Counted from the first letter of the stretch, positions 1-13,204 are shown. The stretch is DNA of 64,000 bases from Octopus sinensis (GCF_006345805.1 NC_043004.1:9982001-10046000), one strand, 5' to 3'. Notes: generated from the sequence alone by a model not told the origin. Numbers and translations are program-made.

Positions 1-87
1 TCTTTTCATTGTTGTTGAATGTGGATGTTGCGTGTGGGAATATTTTAATTGGTTGATTTTTTTGTTGAGTCTTTTGATGCGATAGGG

Positions 88-490
88 GACGAAAGCGGAC
101 AGTAGTCAACGAAATTCGATAATAATCAATGACGGCCGGCAACAATTAACGACAACTTGATAACTGACAAAAGCAAATGACTATCAACAATACTTGATAA
201 TCAGTGACAGCCAACTACAACCAGCGACTACCTGATAACTGACGAAAGCAGACGACAGTCAACAACACTCGATGATAATCAATGACTGCCAACGTCAACC
301 AATGACAACCTACGATAAGGGACGAAAGCAGACGACAGTCAACAATCCTAGATGATAATCGATGACTGCGAACGACAGCCAAAGACAACAAACGATAATT
401 GACGAAAACAAACGACTGTCAACGGCATTCAACGATAATCAATGACAGCCAACGACAACTAAACGACAACCTACGATGACTGACCACAAC
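88..490. repeat. Degenerate ~80-bp minisatellite (about 5 copies) built from eight ~10-bp subunits
   Basis: GACGAAAGCA-like unit starts at 88, 166, 241, 321 and 401 (periods 78, 75, 80, 80). Subunits look like gacgacagtc / aatgactgcc / gatgataatc. Confidence 0.8.
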
Positions 491-1451
491 CATCGACAAC
501 AAGCTTCAGCAGTCCATAACAGACGACAACTTGCTTGTATTAATTGAAAATACAGAGAAAAAAATATAAATAAAACAGATCAAAATAAAATTGCCGAAAA
601 TACTGCAAATAAATAAATAAAAAAAGACACCCCGATGTTTAGAAAAGATCAATCAATCAATTAATCAATAAAAATAAATCAACGAATAAAATCAACTAAT
701 ACACACATCCCACACATACATCCATACATGCATACACACCGACGCACGCATGCGCACACGGATACACCTATGTGTATACGTGTGTATAAACACAAAGTAA
801 AGTTTAAAAGACGCAAAATATAAATGGAATTAAATGGCTGCTATATTTTATTAGAACTACAGTAGAGAGTTGATGAAATGATCTTTAACCTAAAAAACCC
901 CCCAAATAAACAAAGAAAAAAACTCAACAAAAAAACAAAGACATAAAATTCAATGATATCATTCATAAAACAAAACAACCAGCGACATCTGGTCTAAGTT
1001 TTTCTAATCACTGTAAACCAAGCTGTAGTTGATAATTACCTCTTATTGGTTTGCTTTACTTTTTTATCACCCGCGTGCGTGTGTATGTGTGTGTGTGTGT
1101 GCGCGAGTGTGTGTGTGTGTGTGCGCGCGAATGTGTGTGTGTGTGTGTGGTTGTGTGTTTGTGAGTACGTATGAATCCGTCTCCTTGTCTCTGTCTCTAT
1201 CTATCTCTCTCTTTAAGTGTCTCTCCCTTTCACTCCTCGAAAACGATCACTGACTACTCCTCCCCCTTCATCCCCCCCACAATAAATCATGTTCACCAAT
1301 TCTATTTATGCTATTGAGTTTTGTGTTTGGCTTCAAGGAACTTTCTCGGTGGTTTGGCTTCTCAGAAATGTTTTTCTAAAATTTCTGGGTGTGTTTCATG
1401 TTGTGGTGTGAGTGCGCACCCCTACCACTGCACCCGCATGCACGCATACGC

Positions 1452-1483
<32 letters not shown>

Positions 1484-1580
1484 TCTCTCTCTCATACATA
1501 CTCATATACATACACAAACATGCACACACACACACGTGCACACACATGTATGAATATATATATATGTGTGTGTGTATATA

Positions 1581-1617
<37 letters not shown>

Positions 1618-1772
1618 ATATATATATATATATAGCCTGATATATATATGTATATATTCATGTACATACACACACATATATTTAATTATATATATATAAA
1701 AGTCTATTGAGAATAATATGTACACACACACATGTTTGTGTGTATGTATGTAAGAATTTTATGAGTGTTGGG

Positions 1773-1821
<49 letters not shown>

Positions 1822-1986
1822 TCCCACACTCACACACATGCATATACACACACACCCAGCACACACATTAAGCATCATGCACGTATATATGCGTACATAC
1901 AGTTATGGTGCTTTAAGCTATGCTCATAATGTTCATTATGCAAACATTTTAATTAATTAGTTAATATTATGAATTGATGAAATCAC

Positions 1987-2148
1987 CCGGGGTGAAGTTT
2001 CCATTCCAATGTCTGATTTCGAGTTTTTCCAGCAAACTGGTTTCTCATTGTTATGCTTTATTAGCTGACATACATTGTCACCGTCATTGAAACCAGCGTG
2101 TGCACCGACACACGTCGTCTTCACTTCCACATTACGAACGACAAACAA
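1987..2148 (-). CDS. Candidate 162-nt phase 0/0 exon, copy 1 (LFVVRNVEVKTTCVGAHAGFNDGDNVCQLIKHNNEKPVCWKNSKSDIGMETSPR), product unknown
   Basis: Minus strand reads cacttAG|TTG ... CGG|GTgatt with 54 open codons. No homology recognised. Confidence 0.3.
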
Positions 2149-2308
2149 CTAAGTGGTGATAGACACACACACACACAACACACACACACACACACACACA
2201 ACACACACACACTCTCTCTCTCATACATACTCATATACATACACAACATGCACACACACACACGTGCACACACATGTATGAATATATATATATGTGTGTG
2301 TGTATATA

Positions 2309-2339
<31 letters not shown>

Positions 2340-2501
2340 ATATATATATATATATAGCCTGATATATATATGTTATATATTCATGTACATACACACACAT
2401 ATATTTAATTATATATATATAAAAGTCTATTGAGAATAATATGTACACACACACATGTTTGTGTGTATGTATGTAAGAATTTTATGAGTGTTGGGTACAT
2501 G

Positions 2502-2535
<34 letters not shown>

Positions 2536-2712
2536 ATATATATATACTCCCACACTCACACACATGCATATACACACACACCCAGCACACACATTAAAGC
2601 ATCATGCACGTATATATGCGTACATACAGTTATGGTGCTTTAAGCTATGCTCATAATGTTCATTATGCAAACATTTTAATTAATTAGTTAATATTATGAA
2701 TTGATGAATCAC

Positions 2713-2874
2713 CCGGGGTGAAGTTTCCATTCCAATGTCTGATTTCGAGTTTTTCCAGCAAACTGGTTTCTCATTGTTATGCTTTATTAGCTGACATACA
2801 TTGTCACCGTCATTGAAACCAGCGTGTGCACCGACACACGTCGTCTTCACTTCCACATTACGAACGACAAACAA
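2713..2874 (-). CDS. Candidate 162-nt exon, copy 2
   Basis: Same sequence and AG/GT boundaries as copy 1. The 1-nt deletion in this unit falls on the intron side of the donor. Confidence 0.3.
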
Positions 2875-3037
2875 CTAAGTGGTGATAGACACACACACAC
2901 ACAACACACACACACACACACACACCAAACACACACACACACTCTCTCTCTCATACATACTCATATACATACACAAACATGCACACACACACACGTGCAC
3001 ACACATGTATGAATATATATATGTGTGTGTGTATATA

Positions 3038-3072
<35 letters not shown>

Positions 3073-3239
3073 ATATATATATATATATAGCCTGATATAT
3101 ATATGTATATATTCATGTACATACACACACATATATTTAATTATATATATATAAAAGTCTATTGAGAATAATATGTACACACACACATGTTTGTGTGTAT
3201 GTATGTAAGAATTTTATGAGTGTGGGTACATGTATATAT

Positions 3240-3271
<32 letters not shown>

Positions 3272-3448
3272 ATATATATATACTCCCACACTCACACACA
3301 TGCATATACACACACACCCAGCACACACATTAAGCATCATGCACGTATATATGCGTACATACAGTTATGGTGCTTTAAGCTATGCTCATAATGTTCATTA
3401 TGCAAACATTTTAATTAATTAGTTAATATTATGAATTGATGAAATCAC

Positions 3449-3610
3449 CCGGGGTGAAGTTTCCATTCCAATGTCTGATTTCGAGTTTTTCCAGCAAACT
3501 GGTTTCTCATTGTTATGCTTTATTAGCTGACATACATTGTCACCGTCATTGAAACCAGCGTGTGCACCGACACACGTCGTCTTCACTTCCACATTACGAA
3601 CGACAAACAA
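3449..3610 (-). CDS. Candidate 162-nt exon, copy 3
   Basis: Same sequence and boundaries as copy 1. Confidence 0.3.
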
Positions 3611-3623
3611 CTAAGTGGTGATA

Positions 3624-3681
<58 letters not shown>

Positions 3682-3751
3682 CACACGAATATACGTACTA
3701 TATATATATATATCCAATATACATATATATATCCAATATATATATATATAT

Positions 3752-3982
3752 AACGGGAAGCTTTATGAAAATAAACAAAAGACGAAGGCAGGTGGAAAAC
3801 AAACGAACAATTGTATTAGTATGGCGCTCAGGAAATATAAATAAAACAAGTCTTTAACGTTTCGAGCCTACGCTCTTCAACAGAAAGATACACAGAGAGA
3901 GAAAAACACAGAAAGAAGGAGAGAAAAAAAATGCGTGCAGTAGCTAACGAATCAACATGGCGATCTGATTTCGGCCAGAGGT

Positions 3983-3986
<4 letters not shown>
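3752..3986 (-). mobile_element. Penelope-type short remnant (pLTR-like) inserted in (TA)n
   Basis: Homologous to 11521-11748 and 27130-27318, carries a hammerhead-like motif, and has (TA)n on both sides. Confidence 0.6.
3851..3888 (-). ncRNA. Minimal type I hammerhead-like motif, U6 variant
   Basis: Minus strand: TCTTT CTGTTGA A GAGC gtag GCTC GAAA CG TT AAAGA. Helix I 5 bp, helix II 4 bp, palindromic helix III ACGT. Confidence 0.6.
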
Positions 3987-4027
<41 letters not shown>

Positions 4028-6017
4028 AATGTATATATCCAATATATATATATATCTAATATATATATCCAATATATATATATCCAATATATATATGTAT
4101 ATATATATGTATATATGTGTGTGTGCATTTATATATATCCAATATAAATATATGTATATATGTATCCAATATATATTGGATATATATATATATATTGGAT
4201 ATATATATATATTATATTGGATATATATATATATTGGATATATATATATACATATATATATATCTGTATATCCAAAATATATTTACTTTCGTATATGTCA
4301 TTTGCATAATGTAGCAAGATTAACGTCCCGATATTGATTATAAGAGTACCAACATAATGTTTAGATATGAATACTTAATTATATGGACTGATAAATTTAT
4401 ATTGGTCGTTGGAAAGAATCGCAGGACGGTTTCTTCAAGAATGAAACCAAGGGTGGACCAAGGACGAGATGACTGGATAATATCCATAGTCTCAGTTGGT
4501 CACTGTTGGGAACCCAGACGGAAAGGATTATGGTAGTTGCTTCTGCTAGGACCCTGTGGAGGCTGCGCTTGAGCACTCTACTGCCACAACCTGCTAGGAA
4601 TAGTTGGCAAAGATGGAGAGATAGATGGATATTTATATCGCTTAATCTGCCTCGGTTTAATCTTGTACAATCTACTCCTTCAAGCGGCCGCAAATCGGAT
4701 GCGTTTCACAATGTCAAATCAGGAATTTCTGTCTTCCATTAACTTTGGTAGGTATTTAACTTTCGTGTCATGTGTCTCAGCCAATAGCACCAATTAAAAT
4801 TATCAACGTCCGCTCCTCAAGAGACACATTTCACTCCTTTACCCCGTCATCTGTATTAATATTCTATGCTCTCTTGATTATCACTGATCCACCTCACCAA
4901 ATTTAATATATTACTCTCAAAGGAGGTGCTTCCCCTCCTTTCGAGAAACATTAAGCTAGAAATCCTGATCTTTCAATCGTGGTAACGGACTCACTGTTGT
5001 TGTCGTTGTTGTTGAACCCTAGTCAGCTTTGCCATAATCAAACAAATCCATGGCCAAACGCTTTCCAGTCATAACCACTCGTCTGTTTTTTTTTTTAAAT
5101 CTCAAGCGTAAGTGTTGTTCGTACTTCATTATCAAAAGGTTCGATTCTGGAGAGAGAGAGAGAGATAGATAGATATATATAGAGAGAGATAGAGAGATAG
5201 AGAGAGAGAGAGCATACAAAATGGCCGCCACAATCAAGAAATACAGCAAACACTCAAAATACCCACCCTCGACGCGGGGAGCTAATGCCGAAAAAATACC
5301 GAAAAAAAAATTACTCTTAAAATCCGACTTAGTGTTGGTTTGGACGTCTGGTCTCGTAGGTCTGGATGCGACTGATGAGGCCTATCCAAACCAGGGAACT
5401 TCTCCCGCATCTAGGGTACGTGCAACACTAGCATTACTTTTAGATAGTTCTAGTTTTGTGGAGTGAACGCTTCTCAGTAGCAGTAATTGCTTTGTGAAAC
5501 TGATTGCCCAATTGTCCCTCTTTGGGCAAGCCACACCAGGAGGCCACCAAAATGTCAACGCCTTTTAGAGCTAAATTTGACCGTCCGATTGCTTTCGTTC
5601 ATTCCCACTCGTATGGTTGTCTTATGGTTTTATTTAACGGCATTTCATTATCAGAGTATTGCATATAACTTGAATAGTTACTTTATTTTTAATATTTTTA
5701 TTTTTTATTTTTTATTTTTTGATTCATTGTAAGTCACCTTATTGCTTATATGAGAAGAATTCTACATCAAAAACCAGTTCCTCATGTAGACGAGTAACAG
5801 CAAATACCAAAATGTATTCTAATTGAAATAAGCGAAACGGAGATGAAAAAGAGAAGTACCTTTTGACAAGTCACCTGATGAGACACATCCGCACCTAAAA
5901 TGCACAACTGTCTGTATAGCATCTCACCCGCGATGCACCGGTGCACAATGGGTTGAAACGATCGTAGTGAAGAATCTCGTGAATTCTATTTTCTTTCTCT
6001 CATATTATGTGTGTGTC

Positions 6018-6225
6018 TTTGTGTCTGTGTTCGTCACCCACAACCGCTTGACAACCGGTGTTGGTGTGTTTACGTCCTCGTAACTTAGCTGCTCGGCAAA
6101 AGATCGATAGAATAAGTACAAGGCTATAAAAAAACCACTGAGATCGATTTATTCGACTAAAAATTCTACGAGGTAGTGCCCCAGCATGGCCACAATCTTA
6201 TAACTGAACCAAGAAAAAGATAAAA
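6018..6225 (+). mobile_element. tRNA-derived SINE family A, 3' half, diverged
   Basis: cgcttgacaacc...gtttacgtcc..gtaacttagc...gatagaataagtac...cagcatggccac matches the other family A copies. Confidence 0.75.
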
Positions 6226-6570
6226 GATAAATAAACACCGAAGATGGTCACATGCGTAACCGAAATTTCAATTCATTTTCCTTTCTTGTCATTTTCCCAT
6301 AGTATAAGGAAATGTATCTCATTCAGCTTCTTTTATTGATGCGATTCGTTTGTTAGAAAGCAGGAGCACTACTCAAAGTGTACCCACAATCACAAAGACA
6401 TACACACACGCGTATATACATTTGCGGGCATGCACACATACTTACATCCACCCGCACACATACAAACACTACACAGATGCCCACACAAATCTGTTGTTAC
6501 GCAGCATATAACACCTATAATAATAGGAACAAATGAAACCTATTGAATGGTTTAAAGAGCAATAGGTTGA

Positions 6571-6760
<190 letters not shown>

Positions 6761-7677
6761 TGTGTGTGTATGTATGTATGCTTGCATGCATGCATGTATA
6801 TATGTAGGTAGGTAGGTAGGTATGCATCTATGTATGTATGTGTGTATTTATGTATGTATGCCATTATTCAGTTTTATTTCTAGATTTCTTGCCAATAGAG
6901 AAAGAGCCGGTTTCTAACCTAGATCTAAGGCTCCTTCGCTGGAGATTCAATAACATCAACAGAGTATTTGTACTCGTATGTGTGTATGTGTGAATATTTG
7001 GAGTCAGTGCGTGTGCAAATTTATGCTTTGTTTTATGTATGTATTCTCATGCTTGTAGTTGCATGTATGTATGTATGTATGCATGGTTATATATACATAT
7101 GTATGTGATACTCATATGTATGACACATTTATTCTAAGAATTGCATGTGTTTCTTCGTGTATGCATGTACTTATGTACATTTATAGACATTTTGTTTTTA
7201 GCAGTATGTGTGTGTATGCCTGTGTGTATGTGTGTATATGTCTGCGTGTGTGTGTATGTGTGTGTGTGTGTATGTGTGTGTATATGATTGTATATGAATA
7301 TATGTACACAGGTATGTTCGTGCCATGGTGTGTTACGAGTCTTTGTATATCCATACATGTGCGTGTGTATGTGAATGTGAATAAGTGTGCGTGTGTATAT
7401 TTGTGTACGCACACAAATACGCGCGCTTGCGCACGCACACATACACATACCTTTTTCTAAGGTTATTTGTGTATATATGCAAGTGTGTGTGTGTGAGGGG
7501 TCGCGTACGTGCATATTTGTGAATATATGTTCATATGTAGCCTTTAAAATTTATATACGTGTGTATGTATGCGATTTTGTAAGCGCACACATACACACAC
7601 ACACGCCCGTATATACATACACACATGCATACATACATATATACATACACACATGCATACATACATACATACATACA

Positions 7678-7713
<36 letters not shown>

Positions 7714-8794
7714 TTTTCATATGTTTATGTATGTACATGTTTGCTTCTATGATTATTTGTGCATACACATGAATATACTTAGGTACGTGTGTGTGTGTTT
7801 GTGTTTGTGCGTGTGTGTATGTGTGTGTGTGTGTGTGTAAGAGAGCGAGAGCAAGAGAGAGAGAGAGATAGATAGAGAGAGATAGATAGAGAGAGAAAGA
7901 CAGAAAGGAAAGAAACAGAGGAAGATAGGAAGAGCGCGCGTGCGAGAGAGAGAAAGAGAGAGTGAGAAAGGAATACAGTGGGAAAAAGAGGAAGAAAGTG
8001 AGAGAGATACAAAAAGGAAATATAAACGTGTGCGAAATTTTGCTTTATTGAAGTGTGTAGAAAGCAGTTAGGTTATAAAAGCGGCCAGGTTTGCTCCTCC
8101 TCATTTTTCCTTCGAAATTTTGTCTCTCGAAGGGAAAAAATATATATTTTGTAGAAAATATTAGATTCTCGACCATTTATTTGAATGAGAAAGTTTCTAT
8201 TTTGTGTGTTAGTTAATAATGATTTTATTTTCTTTGATAATTCTTTTTATATACTTTGATATTTAGGTTTTGACTGGCGTATTTTTTAAAAAAACCTTTT
8301 CTTATTTTATAATTTCATTTTATATGGACGAGTTGTTGTTGCATCTTGTTGTTGTTGCATCTTGTTGTTGTTGTTGTTGTTGTTGCCAGGTTGACATTTT
8401 TTCCTTCGTTCGTCAATTGAAAGCTTTAGAAAAAAAGGAAAAAAAAGCGAAAGAAACAAAACAAAAAAACAACTAAGAAAGATGTAAGAACATCGAGAAG
8501 ACCATAAATAAATAAACACGCCCCGTCTCCCCTTAAAACGCTGAACGGAACTGTGCAGCGATGTTTACACCTACGGAAGGAAGAAGGGGAAAATATATGC
8601 AAACGCACGTGTGCATACATGATGTGAATGCATGTATGTATGCAAGTATGTACGTATGTATTCATGCATTTGTGAGTAGGTGAATGCGTAGGTATTCATA
8701 TGTAAATGTATGTGTTTAAGTGAGAATATGTAAGCGTTCATAAGTGTATAGGCATGCGTATACGCGTACGTATACGGATATAAAGTGTGTATTT

Positions 8795-8850
<56 letters not shown>

Positions 8851-9210
8851 GGTGAGTGAGTGAGAAAGACAGAATGGAATAGAGAAAGAAAGAGAGAAGG
8901 AAAGAGAGAGAGAGTGTGTGTGTTTTGTACCTGCAACCTTAACATATATTTTCTTTCTCACAATATGTCTTCCTGCAAAAGGTTCAATGTTCGCGAATGC
9001 AGATATGTGCACAAACACACACACACACACTTGAGGAATAATATATGCATGTTTCTCCAGATGTCTTTATACACATTTATGTAACAAATAAAGCATATAT
9101 GCGTATGTATTTATGTGTATACATATATACATATATACATATATACATACACACATAGGTATATGTGTATGTATATATATTTATACACACACACAACACA
9201 CACACACGCG

Positions 9211-9244
<34 letters not shown>

Positions 9245-9312
9245 CATATTTATAAATACACACATATGTATCTATGTGTGTGTCTCTCTCTATATATATA
9301 GGTGTATATATG

Positions 9313-9371
<59 letters not shown>

Positions 9372-10460
9372 CATATTACAACAAGAAAGCTTCTATACAT
9401 TATATGGTAAAATGAAAAAAATTAGCTTTAATGAAAACAAATTAGCACTCATAAAAATTATTCCAAAACAAAAAAAAAAAAAGAAAAAGGAAAAGGAAGG
9501 GAACTTTATTGGTCGAAATTAATGCATATGTTAATTAGGTCGTTTCTAAACGAATCTAATGTATGCCCATTGACGTACTAGATAAATATAGCCAACCCAT
9601 CGTTTCTATATAGGCCTATATCTATTGTGGTTACTTTCCTTTTAAAAGTATATGAGATACACAGACATGGATGGAAGAAAAACGACTCAATACTAATGCC
9701 CAATGAAACGATGAACTTTGATTTTTTTAAACAAAAAACGTAGGGTCGTAGTTGAAGAGCAAAATTTCTTCATCTTACGAACATATAGAGCAAACTAATT
9801 ATTTTCCAGGAACGTGTGTAGTTCTTTAAAGTTACTCCGTAAAACTGTAAATTAAACATATAAACAAATTACTTTATTAAAAGCGCCTTCAAAGGAAATT
9901 CTATGCGGTCTCTCAACCGCGAGAACTAGTAGTCAGGTCTTCCTCAAACTATACCATACCGTTTTGAGCCATCTGAAAAGCTTATACACAAGTGCTTGAC
10001 TTGCTGGAAATAGCAGCTAGATATTATCCAATTTACGTCTAACTATATGAACCAGAGAGGTAGGTTATACATAATCTATGGTCTTGTTTGAAATAGCAGC
10101 AAATAATACTCCATCATCTTGAACCATGGAGGGTGTCCACGGTTTCTTGCCTGCTAAAGCGCGGTAGTTTCCTCTCAAATCATCATAGTGAGCTTCTTAA
10201 AAAAGGACAAATTGAGCTGGATAGAAACGGGATGGTCACAGCCCGCTCTTCTGGCTGACCTGGGGTTAAAGAACAGCAATGACAATAACCATTTTATTGT
10301 TTATAAAGAGTGGCAAAATCAATACAGGAAAATAAAAGTTCTATGTATGTTTATATATATATATATGTATAAGCATATAAGAATCTTTGCATGATTATAT
10401 ATGCTTATATACACGTGTTTGTGAAAACGTGTGCATACGTGTATGTATTATTTGATTATT

Positions 10461-10507
<47 letters not shown>

Positions 10508-11100
10508 GAACGGTTTTCTCATCATTGTTTTCCCAGCTACATTTTCTATCGTACGTCTGACTTCCAATCCACGCCAAACAATCGGAGCAGTAAGAACTGA
10601 ACTAAATCTTATCAGCAAGACACGAGATTAAAAAAAAAAAACACGACACACAAGCATATGTATGTATGTTTGTATGTATATATATATATATATGTATGTG
10701 TGTGTATGTATATATATATATATATGTATGTATATACATATATATATATATATATGAAAATAACATGGATATTGAGGATATGCCCATATGCCCCAAGGTT
10801 TTTGGCAACACACCATAGGTGTCCGAGCGGCCTCAGTTTCTGCCTCGTTAACCATCGTCAGACTCCGAGGTTCTCTTTAACGCTGTCTATCTAACCAAGT
10901 TGGTTATCGTAGCTTACAGCTACATAAGCTTATGCTGAATTCTCATTCATTTAAACATATTTTTACATCAGCGCAGCAGGGAAACTAAATAATTTTACAT
11001 ACCGAAATGACGAGGACTTGGGAGTTTAGCGACAAGAAGACAGCAGGATCTTCCTCCTCTCCCGCTCTCTGCCTTTCTCTCTCTCTCTCTCCATATATAT

Positions 11101-11500
11101 ATATATTATTAAAAAGCAGCAAAAATATCACAAAAACTGTCTCTCAGAGTTTCACGTTCCCGTTCGTCGGACAGTTTTGTTTAGAATGGAAAAAGAATAA
11201 GTTTAAATGCATGAATATGCAATATGTTTGGGAGATACACATTTGAAAGTGGTTTTGTTTCATTGGTCCTTTCCACTCACTGTCTTTTCAATAACCGGTT
11301 GCATACAATAACAAATTGCGGTTTAAAATCATATTATTATAAAAAACAAAGGAAACCTTAAATCAAAAATAGCTTATAAAGAAGGAAAAAGCCTGAACAC
11401 CCAGGGTAAATAATACGGTGTAAAATATTAATAAATTAATAAATTATCCTGTAAAAAAATTTTTTCCACCTTGTTTCGCATTTATGCGCTTACTCTGGTA
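11101..11500 (-). mobile_element. Penelope-type remnant in (TA)n, same family as 16674-16882
   Basis: Shares aaaaatatcacaa, the rc of aactgt..cgggaacgtgaaactc, and ccaccttgtttc with the 16.7-kb copy. TA flanks. Confidence 0.55.
11133..11178 (-). ncRNA. Type I hammerhead-like motif, C4 variant, cleavage site degenerate
   Basis: Minus strand: AAAACTGT CCGACGA A CG ggaa CG T GAAA CTC t GAG ag ACAGTTTT, with an 8-bp helix I. Confidence 0.5.
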
Positions 11501-11520
11501 TATATATGTATATATATATA

Positions 11521-11746
11521 GGGAGAGTTTACGAAAAAAAAAAACAAAAGACGAAGACAGGTGGTGTACAAAACAAAACGATGTATTAGTATAACGCTTA
11601 GGAGTAGAAAAAGTCTTTTAGGTTTCGAGCCTACGCTCTTCTACAGAAAGGGGCACAGAAAAATCAAGGAGAGAAACAAGGAGGGAAAAAAGGAGAGAAA
11701 AAAGGAGAGAAAAATGTGTGTAGTGGCTAACGATCTATCATGGCGA

Positions 11747-11748
<2 letters not shown>
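11521..11748 (-). mobile_element. Penelope-type short remnant in (TA)n
   Basis: Homologous to 3752-3986 (aaacaaaagacgaag.caggtgg...gtattagtat..cgct.agga...tttcgagcctacgctctt). Confidence 0.6.
11615..11650 (-). ncRNA. Minimal hammerhead-like motif, U6 variant with a helix III mismatch
   Basis: Minus strand: CTTT CTGTAGA A GAGC gtag GCTC GAAA CC TA AAAG. Confidence 0.5.
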
Positions 11749-11783
<35 letters not shown>

Positions 11784-11850
11784 GAATTTTTTTGCGTAAT
11801 GAGATAAAAAAACCAAGGCTGTGTAGATATTAGAACATTTATATATAGAA

Positions 11851-11904
11851 GGTCTTACAGCTGTTTCCAGTATATTTATTAATTATATCCCTTCATCGGA
11901 TACG
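11851..11904 (-). ncRNA. Degenerate hammerhead-like motif, C4 variant, in a third TA-flanked remnant (11783-12160)
   Basis: Minus strand: CCGATGA A GGGATAT...ATACT G GAA ACAGCTGT A agacc. Helix III ACAGCTGT is a perfect palindrome, but helix I is partly decayed. Confidence 0.45.
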
Positions 11905-12468
11905 GTGTGAGAGGATGCTTGTATTCTATCTAAATTAACTATTACTTAACCATCCTCTTGCACCGTATCTACACAGCCTTGTTTTTTTTTTCTTCTCATT
12001 ACGCAAAAAATTCTTATATACACATGCTGACATTGAACCAACGTTGAACCCCTTATTCGCAAAATCAACGAACCTGAAACTTAACTATGGTCTGTCTATA
12101 GCACTTATTCAGCATTACCTGACACCTTTGGGCGTCAAAGACACCATTACCTCTTATAACCTATATATATATACATACATATATATATATATAGTATATA
12201 CACACATATATATATACACACGCAGAGACAAATGTGTGGATATGTGCGTGCTTTTAGACATAGTTTAAAATCAAATATCTCCTCTTTCTTTCTGAATCTA
12301 TCTCATTATATTTACACCCTATATTTGATTTGATTGTTTTGCTGTATATTCTGTGAACAACCTTAGTGCAGCAAGCATATGATCAAACGCTTTTCATCCG
12401 TGACCATACCATCTTATTTTCCAAAAGGTAGAATATCTAACTCTGGATAATAGTATGCATGTCCTTAA

Positions 12469-12682
12469 GGCGGCGACCTGGCAGAATCGTTAGCACGCTG
12501 GGCAAAATACGTAGCGGCATTTCGTCTGCCGCTACGTTCTGAGTTCAAATTCCGCCGAGTCCGTCTTTGCTTTTCCCCCTTTTCGGGATCGATAAAATAA
12601 GTACCAGTTGCATACTGGGATCGATGTAATCGACTCATTCCTTTCTCCGAACTTACTGGCCTTGTGCCAAAATTTGAAATCA
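12469..12682 (+). mobile_element. tRNA-derived SINE family B
   Basis: ggcggcgacctggcagaatcgttagcacgc (A-box-like), gagttcaaattcc (B-box-like), and a gtcgat..atcgac hairpin. Confidence 0.85.
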
Positions 12683-12777
12683 ATCAATATATATATACAA
12701 CATAACATATATTATATATATATATCTATACATATATATATATATATATATATAATATATATTATTAATAATATAAT

Positions 12778-12813
<36 letters not shown>

Positions 12814-13063
12814 GATATATATAACTATATATACACGTCATAGATCACTAGATAATAGAGATATAGAGATTGGTAGACAAAGAGGGAGATAGATTAGTAA
12901 CGGTATGGAATTTTGTTTTCTTTCCATTTCAGAAACATGTAGCTTTCAATTGCACTTCTCTGTAGAAACTATAGCAACCGTGGAAAATATAGAATGAAAT
13001 AGAAGAATGACGAGAAAGAAAAGCACTCCTAACTAAACCAAACGATAGCAAACCTGACCATAC

Positions 13064-13204
13064 CTAACCAGAAATGAACGTTGAACAGCAGCGATGACGG
13101 ATTTTTAGTGCTGGTAGTCGTGGTTATTATGACTGTGTCGGATATGATGGCGTTGGACAAAGAGGAATTTTTCGTGAGAAAGCAAACAATATTGTAGGAA
13201 GTTC
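13064..13204 (-). CDS. Candidate 141-nt exon (phase 1/1 frame: GTSYNIVCFLTKNSSLSNAIISDTVIITTTTSTKNPSSLLFNVHFWLG), may be UTR
   Basis: Acceptor ccaccttttcactcAG|GA and donor TTAG|GTATGG. Unique-looking sequence, length a multiple of 3, one open frame. Confidence 0.4.

Larger units (their letters stand above)
1450..3630. repeat. Tandem array of three near-identical ~730-bp units with junctions in (CA)n
   Basis: The unique marker CACCCGGGGTGAAG recurs at 1984, 2710 and 3446. Copies differ mainly in microsatellite length and single-base indels. Confidence 0.95.

Noticed and set aside
4397-4742. Overlapping 98-aa and 78-aa ORFs in a GC-richer patch
   Set aside because: No recognisable motif or convincing splice pair. 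Probably an unidentified decayed TE.
5365-5411. Hammerhead at GATGCGa CTGATGA GGCCT..AGG GAAC..CGCATC
   Set aside because: The core and helix I are suggestive, but helix II closure, GAAA and helix III are broken. At best a dead relic.
8307-8420. Poly-Q or poly-N coding segment (MSTWQQQQQQQQ)
   Set aside because: It is a (CAA)n microsatellite with an early stop and no supporting exon structure.
10836-10861. Further hammerhead half-matches (here, and at 16119, 18374, 38101-38145 and 56617)
   Set aside because: The core heptamer is present but the helices or the NUH site fail. Too degenerate to call.
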